Shown here piece after piece: positions 54,031-64,000 of a stretch of 64,000 nt of DNA (position 1 is its first letter; each line of letters opens with the position of its first letter). Location of the stretch: NCBI RefSeq assembly GCF_032062105.1, contig NW_026928905.1:124001-188000 (forward strand). Reading direction: 5' to 3'. The notes beneath the pieces were generated by a model. That model did not search any database. It saw only the letters and a program-made list of their open reading frames with translations, and was not told where the DNA came from. The stretch is from Saccostrea cucullata (lineage: Eukaryota). Position numbers and translations under genes: made by a program.

Positions 54031-55773
54031 ATGCATTCATTACAAGAGCTTTCAAATTTATCAGGTGTTTTCTTTTTTTGTGTGTCAGATAAGGCCAGCC
54101 TCCTTTTGGTATACCAACATTTAATTTTTTGACCTTCACCTTGGAGTTTTACCTACTTTTGAAAAAAAAAAATTACTTTGGTCATGACTTTTGAACAGTT
54201 GGTACTAGGACTATTATATTTCACAATGATGTGTATTCCTTGTGTCACAAGAACTTCACCCAGGTACCATTAATTTTAACCCTTTGACCTTGTCCTTGGA
54301 CAATGTTGGAGTGTGATCTTCTCATGGAAATACTTTAACCTTGACCATTACATTCTGATTTGAATAGATGATGTTTAAAATTTCATCTTTCAAAAGTATT
54401 TTCACAGGGAAAATTCCTTTCTGGTGGTTTACAACCTTTTTGATCTCTTGACCTTGACATTTGAGTTTAACTTGCATTTGAAAAAAAACTTTAAGGACGC
54501 TCTAAACACTGCACACTAAAGAGCTCTATTTATCGGGTAGTTTTATGCAGTTAGAGTGATCTGCCCTTAGGTGTTAGATTAAAGAAATTGTTATTTACCG
54601 TTCGTTACATAATTTACAATAGATTAAAATATTTTAGCATTATATAAGTCTAAGAGTAAGAAATTTAATTAATTGTTTTCATTAATTTTCCCAATGTAAA
54701 AAAAAATTTCACAAATAGTCCATTGTTCAGCATCAAGTTAGTCCTATGTTCTAAATGAATGTATAATGAAATAGTATATTCAAAACTTGTGAGAAACTTT
54801 TATCAAGAAACTTTGTCATTTTCTAGCTATATCACTAATCGTTTTAAAACAAACTTTTCATTTTGTTCTGAAGGAAATGAAGCATTAAATTAATTTATAC
54901 AGTTAAACAATTAGACAAGAACATTTAATGCCATTTTCTTGTTCTCTCTGTCAACATTATGTAACTGTTGGTTGTTCTTGGTTTCCTGCTTTGGCCAGGT
55001 AATGAAAACCTGAAAACTCTCAGGTAGAATTCAACCTTCACATTCTGTTCGGGACTGGGAACGTGCCCCACTGCATATAGAAAAATCTAAATAGTTGTTA
55101 AAACTTTGTCAGATAAGTTTTAAAAATAAAGATAGAGGTTTCCTATATAAGCCCTGTAATCAGGCATTGCTTTGGCAGTGATTTGATGTCAGGCCGAGGG
55201 CCAAAGACAAGGGGCTGTTTCTAGTTTGGGATTTTTTCTGAAATTTAATGAAAGATGTGCAGATGTGAGTTATGTAATTTTTAGCACTTTTATTGTCATT
55301 TTATCTTCAGGTTTCTATTATTAGTTTAAGAAAATATTCATTTATGAAAATGTATGTATTTATTTTAGATGATACTAGTAATGCACATAATTGTATTTTT
55401 GTAATATTAAATTAAGTTCTTCAACCAAATGAAATAATTTTGAGTTCTTGATATTTGATCGAGTCAATATAATATTTGGCAGCTTTATGAGAATCTGATA
55501 AAAATATTTTCTTATAAAAAAAATACTAAATTGCCTAATACTTTTTAAGTAGCAATCCAAGAAGTAAGGAGAGAATAAGTTTTAGTGTGAAAAAAATCAA
55601 AATAGTTTTTGTATATTTGTCATACTTCATCTATATGTTGATCCTTTCTAGCCTGTTTTGCAAGCTTTGCATTAGCATCGCTGATCGGGAGGGAGAACTT
55701 GTGTTTCTGCTGAAGGTCACTGATCAATACCTTTACACAAACTGTTCTATTTACAGACACCAGGCTACCAGTG

Positions 55774-58700
55774 ATGGAGCGATGTGGCCCTCACAAGTGG
55801 CCCCCTCTGCATAAGATCAGGGTGGGCGTGCCTACCACCCCAGCCCCCCAGAGCTTGGACAGTCTCACGGACGTCTGTCAGGATATTTTCAGGCTAGCCT
55901 CAGACATCGCATCAGGCCAGAAAAAAGTGGTTCTGTGTTGGTCTTTTGGTGGACAAGGAGTAACTCTAGATTTGTGTGGAGGTGAGTACATTTAAATGAC
56001 TTTATATTTTCAGCATCATAAGCTGCTATGGTAGAAAGAAGACATCTTTAGAATCATTTTGTAAATGTCAGTGATTTGCATGTTTGCCAAAAATCATATT
56101 GTGTTACTAACCTGATGGGGCTGGGTTATGAAAGCGAGAAAAAAGATTTTTGTTTAGATTCCACATTCCTGTAGAGTTGGAATGTCGATAGTGTACACAA
56201 TGATTCTGATCATTATTTCACTTTTGTCTGCTAGAGTTGCATGAAAGTCAACCCTCTTTTCTTTTTAAACGGAGGCTGTATGACAGCCTCCGGTTATTGG
56301 GATTGTCTTGCCCATGGAATGTACTGTAACAAGATTCACTGCTGCACCATCTATCCTGGAATTGTTTTAATTACCTTGAGAATTTATTTTTTGTTTTAAC
56401 ATTCCTTTCGCAAGGATAGGCATAGTCTAAAACTCGTCACATACAAGTATAAACAAACAGTTTGAATTTTTCTAAATAAACAGGATTTTCATTATTTTTA
56501 AAATGATGTATATAAATACATATATTAAAAAAAATGTGATACTGTTAATTTTTAATCACAGAATATTAGGAGATTTTGTTCCAACAGTCGATTAAAGCGC
56601 GTTTTCCAATATGCCGAGCCTTCATATCTCACACCAAAACAAGAACGAGAATAATGAAGTGGCGGATTGAGGGAGTTTTTTTTTTGGGGGGGGGGGTTAA
56701 CATCCGCAGAATTTGATCGGAACCCCACTTATCACTTGCTTCTTTTATTAAAGTAAAAACTATCTCTAGATATATAAGTTTAAACTTTAGTTTTATATTT
56801 AATTGTAAAAAACTTCAGAAGAATTCGTCTGTATCAATCTAAGTGTGGAGACGCAGATAGAGATGTATTGAAGAAAATTGCAATGCCGCATGCAAATGTT
56901 TTATGTCGCAGATATATGTTTTTAATAGATCAGACATTTCAGTTTTAATGGAATTTTTTGTGCTTGATTGCTGTTTGTATTCTCATTTTCACTCCTTTTA
57001 TTCTTGAAAGGGCCGATTGGTTTGCGGCCGATTTTTGACGCTTGCATTAATAGGTTTCATGGAGTTTTTGTTAATCTGACAAGGATCGGTGAATAAACAA
57101 ATGCATAGTATTTTTATCTGTAGGAATATTAAAAGTCTAGTTTTGAATTCTTTATTTGTAATTATGTATAATTTTAGGAAACACATGAAAACAGATTTAC
57201 ACTTTCTACAAGCGGTTTGAGTGTTTGGGGGTACCCTCAATTAGATAAGAGAGAAACAAACGGCAACTCTGATATTGAGATCAAAATGCATTTGTAACTT
57301 TTGACCTTTGGGTACAACCCAAATCTTGGTTCATAGGATTTACATGATTTATCACATTATATGATTTATCCTAATTAATTAAAAATTACATCTTCTGAAA
57401 TAAGTTGTCTTATTGCCATATCGTTGATCTTTATTTGCAATGATACTTTTGTTTTACCTCTTTCACTTCTCAAACTTTAATTATTTTTTTATATACAATA
57501 TTACATGGTATTTATGTCAACTTTTTTTAACATACATCATTGGAGAACTGATTGTTTGAACAGAGTTACTGAAAAGCAGAAACCATAGTTATATATTTTT
57601 ACTTTTCTCACGTAATTTGTATCAGGTCCCATTGTTAATGATTGTTTTAAACAGACAAACTGAAAAAGACAACCATTTCCACTGGTATGAGTAAAGAAAG
57701 ACATTTTTGGGTTAAATCTATGTATGATAAAATACAACATTTAATAATTCCAGAAATATTGGTTGTCAAATCTGTCAAGATATATCTCACTTTTTCAGTC
57801 TCACTTTTCCACTATATATTTTTGATACTGGAAGTTTAGTGAAGTTTTATGTCAACCAGGCCTAGTCAATTACTGTTTCTTACGTTGAAAGGTTTAATAT
57901 TGAAATTATCTCATATATATATATATATCATTACAAAGTTGAAATTAGAATATCCCAAAAACCTCATAAATATTGGAGTATTGAATAAAATTTTGAATTG
58001 AAAAAAAAAATAAAATAATTCTCAAAACATTCTTTACAGCTATGTATGATATATATATTTCTTATGTGTTCTCTCATACATGAAGCCTCCGTTTAACAGT
58101 ACTTTCAGTACTTTGATTTGTTTGTGTACCAGCTGTTCACTACATGACTTACATATACTTTAACAAGTTCACTGCTGTGTAATGCATATGCCTCTTAATT
58201 GCTGTGGTTTTTGTTTTGTTTTCATTCCTTTCATAAGTTCTACTCTCTGTTTTTACAATGCAGATTCATTATTGTTCATTATTAGATAGGAAATATATTT
58301 AAAATGATTGATATTTATCACACTAAGGACAAGATTCCATTCAAGATTTGGCAGTATCTTTGATATCTACAATGTTTATATATTGTGTAATTGTTGATGT
58401 GTTTATTGAGATTTGACTGGAACCATTTAATATGTCCCTGCCTATTGATTTAATGAAAACATCTCAGTACCTTGTACACTGTACTGACGGTCAGAGAAGG
58501 ATTTCTGGTTGTACGATCAATAGACTCAGATAGAGAGGAATCAAAAGATTTCCTGGAGGAAGATGCCCATTACAGAAGAGTGTTAGATTCAGAACAAGGA
58601 GGGCAGCGAGAGGAACTAGGGATTCAGTTGTCTAAATTTAAACATTTATGAACTACTTTTTCAAAATATTGAAACTGTGGAGCATAGAATACAAAGTTAT

Positions 58701-59268
58701 AGGGTACCGGTACTTATGAACTATTGTCTGTTTTGAAAATATTTAACAAGTGTTAAAATATATTTGCTCCAAATTGTCTTTGACATCATGAGAAGGGGAA
58801 TAAAGCTTTTTGCATCATTTTTCATAGAAATGTGCAGAATCACTCTCATGTTTCTTTAACATGACGTTTTTGTCAACTTGATAGTGAAAAAGGTACACCA
58901 CTGTCACAGTAGGTAGATTGGCAGTACTTTAAATTTAAAACCTTAATGTGTGAATGGTTTATTTTAATAATATTATGGAAAGATACCTGTAAAATATGTA
59001 AATCTGATTGAAATTAGAGCAGAGTTTCTTGCAGATGTACTCAAATAAAAAAAAATTCAATAGCTTTTATTGTCACATGTACAGTGTAGCTTGAGACTTA
59101 TCATTTCAAGGTGTGTCTGGACTGTTTTGTAACTATATGTATGTAGTCTGAGACCATTTCACCATTTCTTTCTCGACAATTTAATGGATTTGACAGGAGA
59201 AATTTTGATATGGAATTTAGTGAAGTTTGCAGTGTGTAAGTTACATTAGTTCCTTTAAAAAACTTGAT

Positions 59269-59341
<73 letters not shown>

Positions 59342-62300
59342 CAAGTTATAACTATACTCATTTCTATGTGGTTTAATATAAATTTAATGTTTACACATTA
59401 GAATATTTCAATTTCTTGTATCGTTCAATTGATATTTACCTGTAGATGTTAAGTAATAGTAAGTCTATTGTATAAATTATGAAATACATGTAAAGCTTCT
59501 GTATAGTGAACCAGAATGCTCAAGCACTTAAAGTATATTCTCAGTATGTGTGTGTGTTCTGTTCACGTGTCCACTTTTCCTCTCAGAATTTCAGAAGGAA
59601 ATTAAGTATTACTCAAGTATCTGTGTATTTATTTCACATTACATGCGGGAAATTCCTATTTATGTGTATATGCACTGATTATTTCCTGTTAAAATTTTGT
59701 TGTTGAATTTCATTAGGATTTTGTTGAATTCATAGTGCCATAAACTGATGTCAAACAATATGTTATGGAAAAGTCGATGACATTTGCCAGATTTTTGTCA
59801 GAGTGTCTTAAATCAGGTAATTAGGAGTCAGATAGACTTATTTCTGTTAGTAATATGGCATGCCCTCTTGTCTGTGATGACTTATAGAGGTATGGTATTG
59901 TTTTGTTAACCTACAGTGCAGTGACTTCCTGAAGCAACCTTGATGCTGTACATAGTAGATATATAGATGTGAGAAAGTCAAACAAATCTGTCTATATTTA
60001 TAAGGTTGATTTGGACACTTTAAAGTTTTTGCCTTAGGACTTAGGATACTTTTCTGTAGTTTAATGTAAGTTGAGAATCATTAAGTTGCCAGGGGGCTTT
60101 GTAGAATTTAATAGGAAGGGTTTTACATGAGAGAAAAAACATCCAACGACAAGGAGTAATTAATTATAATGGCCCTCTGAAACTAAAAAAATTGTTTTTG
60201 GACTTCAAGAAAATTATATACCATAAAGAAGAACACATCATAAATATTTTGAGGTGACATATTTTACTCTCACCATAGGGACATTGGCACATGCCATTTT
60301 AATTTGCTTTAGGAAATTGAAAAGACATCATTTTTGCTTAAGTACTTGAAGTGAGAAAACATAAAATTAAAGCATCCTATTACTTCATCAAACAAGACAA
60401 TATTAGTCTAATATAATAAGAATACATTTTATTAATCCTCCATATTTTTCAATTTATTTAACTTTAAGTCAAAGGGCAGATCACTCTATAAGCTGAATTA
60501 AACTGCTAGGACTAGGAAATTAGAACTCAAGCATGAAATGACATTGGTAGTCATTAAAAAGGTGAATTTTCAATTTTTTTTTCTCCTAAAATTTTGATTG
60601 ATAAAGCTTTCTTTAAAAAACAGAAAAAAAGCTGACAGGTAAATTTTATTGTTAAGCATTTCAAGAACAATCAATGTAAATTTTCCACATAAATGCTTAC
60701 ATCTGTTGATATAGACCTGGTGAGTCACCTGATCGAAGGTGCACCAGGTGATAAAATAGTTATCAAATATATTATCGGCAGGAAGAGGGGCCCGCAGTGG
60801 TCCTGGCACTTTACTTAGTTTGTTAGAGGGTGGCATCCATTAAATGGATTCCATGGCATGTTGAAGCCCCATGCTGTAACGCATGAGTTAGGAGAATGGG
60901 GATGTTAGCTAAGTATGAGCTAGTTAAGGGGTGAATGTGTGAATTCAGCAAACTTTGAATCAGGATTGGGCAGGATGGCGATGCTAGTGAAGGTTTATGT
61001 AGAGCCTCAGCCTGGCAGATACCAGGGTGAGATTGTAAATTAATAGGATTTTGTATGGTATCAACCATATCATGTAAGATGTTTCACTGAAAATTTTATA
61101 TATTTCTTGATATTTTTATTAATTTTTCGTAATCTTTATCAGTTTTATGTCACACCAGTTTCTCAGACTTGTATAGTTTGTATCATGGGTATATGGTGCT
61201 CAAAATTACACTTAATTCTATTTTAATCTTAAGCTATTGGCATATGGCTAGATTACTTGTTACATTAATCATCTTTACAAAATCCTTCATTATAATTAAT
61301 ATGAAGGTTTGAATATTCCCAGTTATTCTTCAATATTTTCCTGTAAAGGCTGAAGAAGTGAATGATTTGAGATAAAAGTGCTTGTTTCCCTTTTCAACAG
61401 TCTAGATTACCTTTCATCTTTCACTAATCACAGAGTCAATTTCATGTACGCATGCATATAAGCAGTGCACAGGTGATTTCAATTTAAAATTTAATCAATG
61501 ATCAGACTTATAATCTAAACTTATTTTGAAACAAGATTTATTAACATAACTGCAGGGGGCTGTTCACCTGTACTTACAAATGACTGCATGCACGTACCTG
61601 TGGGTATAAATTACTTACACAGCAGGGTGAAGGTGATATAACAAGGGTGATTATAGCCCAGGCTTTTTTTAACATGGGTAAAATTAAGTGTTAGCGAAGG
61701 GGAGATAATCAGTACCAGGAAATATTATCTTGTAACATATGTGATTGTGGCCCAGGGATGTTTGTTGACTCTGTTTATTATCTTATCTTAGGGGCTCTGA
61801 AGACTGGAGTAGTACAATAGGACTAATAGTACATAAGGAAATCTTATAGCATGAGGAAGTGTTTAAAAAATGTGATCGAGTCAGTAATAGGTAAAATATA
61901 CAATGTATTAACACTATAACCCAATGCTTCTATAAATCTGAAAATTTCAGAATTTTGTGAATTGATATGTTAAATTAGAATGCTTTTGAAGCTTGACATA
62001 TATTTAGATTTATATTATTATATAGTCAATAAGAGTACTTTTACCTTTTTCTCTCAAGTTTCAGAAGTTGTCAGCAATGGTAAAAGTTAAAGGATAATAT
62101 TTTTGTTAAATTTTCAAATGCATGTTTGTTTTAAATGCATAGAAACAGTTTAAAAGTTTTGAATTTACTTTTTTAATAAACTGAAAATATTTTACCTAAA
62201 GATGTAATGAGCAATTGATCTTGTTTTAATATCATTGACATTGAATATCATTTCTTGAGCAGTACTCTTTCCCAGAGATATCGAATCCCTATTAGACTAG

Positions 62301-62858
62301 CAGTTACATAAAGAGCAATTATAAAATTTCTTTCTACTTAGAATTGTAAAAATATTTTCTTGATATTTCAGTTTTAAGAAAAATGTAAAGGAGAACATAT
62401 ACCAATTAATTTTCATCATGCTTTTAGGACCTAGCTGGCAGTAAAATCTATATTTCAGCATTTCATAATTAGCTTTTTCACATTTCATCTTTTTGTGTAT
62501 GCATTTTTTAATGCTTTAAAATTTTTAAAATGCAATAATGGTTCATATTACAGAGCCTGCATGCTTTTATTAAAAAATATTTGTTGTCATAGAGAGTTCT
62601 TGATTTTCACAGCAAAAAAAAAAAAATGAAGCAAGCAAATTTAACATATTAGCAGTTAATTGTGATGAAAACTCATTGTGGAATCTCTTTTTTCTTACAG
62701 CCAAGGCCACTACTCTTCTCTGTGCCATTGGGATTGGCTTTGGGATTGGAAGTTATCTACTGTATAAGCTGTACTGTAAATTGTTCCCATCTGACCCTAA
62801 GGATCCGGGACCAGTAAAAACAGCCAATAAATACTGCCAAAAGAACAAAAGTAACAAT
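55774..62858 (+). CDS. 5' part of an uncharacterised single-pass membrane protein (probably continues beyond the window)
   Basis: Exon 55757-55981 (TTACAG| ... GGAG|GTGAGT; MERCGPHKWPPLHKIRVG...TLDLCG) joins exon 62701-62858 (TTACAG| ... AAT|GTAAGT) in phase 1. This gives AKATTLLCAIGIGFGIGSYLLYKLYCKLF, a hydrophobic segment followed by basic residues. A likely 5' UTR exon lies near 52850-52935. Confidence 0.6.
56263..58114 (+). mobile_element. DINE-1/Helentron-like non-autonomous element (~1.85 kb)
   Basis: 5' TTAAACGGAGGCT with adjacent hairpin CGGAGGCTGT-ATG-ACAGCCTCCG. The 3' end has inverted AGCCTCCGTTTAA, then hairpin AGTACT-TTC-AGTACT and TT. Confidence 0.65.
59272..59339. repeat. (TA)n microsatellite
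   Basis: Uninterrupted AT dinucleotide run. Confidence 0.98.
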
Positions 62859-64000
62859 GTAAGTAAACCAAAATTTATAAAAGAAACCTAACCACCCACC
62901 CCACCCAACCCACCCCTCACCCCCAAAACGAAACAAAAGCAAAACCATATGTGTAGAAGTGTTCACAGCAAATATCAGAGAAGCAATTCCAGGTGTACAA
63001 ATAATGGAAGTCCACAAGTATTGCTGAGCAGATATTGATATCAGAAACTGTCATTTTATGCAAGTGTTAAAATTTTGAGGAGTTTATCATATTGCAAACA
63101 GTACACATGTTGTCTTCCATTGAAAGAAAATTAGTACAGAATTTTTCATATGTTTTAACATTTGTACTATTTCAACATGTGACACACACACATACACACA
63201 CAGAGGTTTTGTGCTTATCAAGCAGATTTTAGGGTCAAACTGGAATAGACTTTATTCTGAGTGCCTTTAGTATATTCTTGTTCACATACCAGCTAATGAT
63301 TTGGGGGGCTAAGACAGGTCAATTATTCAAGGATTTATTTCTGAAGTGAATTAGAAAAAGAATACATGTAATATTAACATTTAAAAAAAAAAATGACATG
63401 TAACATTTAATTAGTTTAATTACTCTCTTAATCTGCCACCCCTAATTAAGAAGTATAGGATCTGATTGGACAAGTACTTCTTATATTTGATCCCTGTCAG
63501 CCTTAAGTAGACTCCATGATAAAGCTTTACACACTGCACAATGATCAATATCTTGGTCTGGCGATTTTGATGAGATCACCACACAACAGCACATTACTCA
63601 GGTGATTTAAAAGTGCCTATTGATTTAGCGTGGATTAGAGTTATCCCCCTTTGACCATGACAGGAAGTCTCATTGTCAAGGACTCTCTTGTTTGACTGCT
63701 GCAGTCACATGTAGTGAGATCAATTCTCGGGATGACTAATTTTTAGGAGGATGTAAGCTTTTGGTCGTCTGTGCGTGTGTCTGTGAAGAGATTGGTCTGT
63801 AAGTATTGACCAGGAACTATTCTGTTGTCTATTTATTGATTTTTTTGTTCAGGTTTCTTTTGTACATTCAAGACAAATGCTCATGTTTGCGTTTTATCTT
63901 AATCCTCCCCACTGTACAGGACAATGATCGGTGTATGATACATGATTTGTCAGTGATAGTTAGTGGATTGATTTTACTAAAGACGGTTTAGTTCTATGAC

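Noticed and set aside
58460-58655. Purine-rich open frame (SDREESKDFLEEDAHYRRVLDSEQ...) as an exon of the last gene
   Set aside because: No phase-compatible acceptor was found for the upstream phase-1 donor, and there is no recognisable homology.

Overview
AT-rich, intron-containing eukaryotic DNA, most likely an oyster or other bivalve. This is inferred from Helentron/HINE elements carrying a 166-bp satellite, tRNA-derived SINEs and Penelope-like relics. Contents, left to right: (1) three tandem paralogous genes (+), each encoding an ~520-aa protein with a Lys/Arg-rich disordered N-half fused to an NHL-like beta-propeller; (2) mitochondrial NADP-isocitrate dehydrogenase IDH2 (11 coding exons, -) head-to-head with (3) mitochondrial NAD(P) transhydrogenase NNT (16 coding exons, +), probably sharing a promoter of a few hundred bp; (4) an assembly gap; (5) a secreted Gly-rich repeat protein gene (-) with a clear TATA/Inr promoter; (6) a tRNA-Gln(TTG) gene divergent from (7) the 5' part of an uncharacterised single-pass membrane protein gene. 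The most notable observations are the IDH2-NNT divergent pair (two major mitochondrial NADPH sources), repeated local duplications of NNT splice junctions (including a 45-bp minisatellite of in-frame donors), and the basic-IDR/NHL triplet with a conserved upstream inverted repeat. Exon boundaries were read by eye from GT/AG and frame continuity; no database searches were run.
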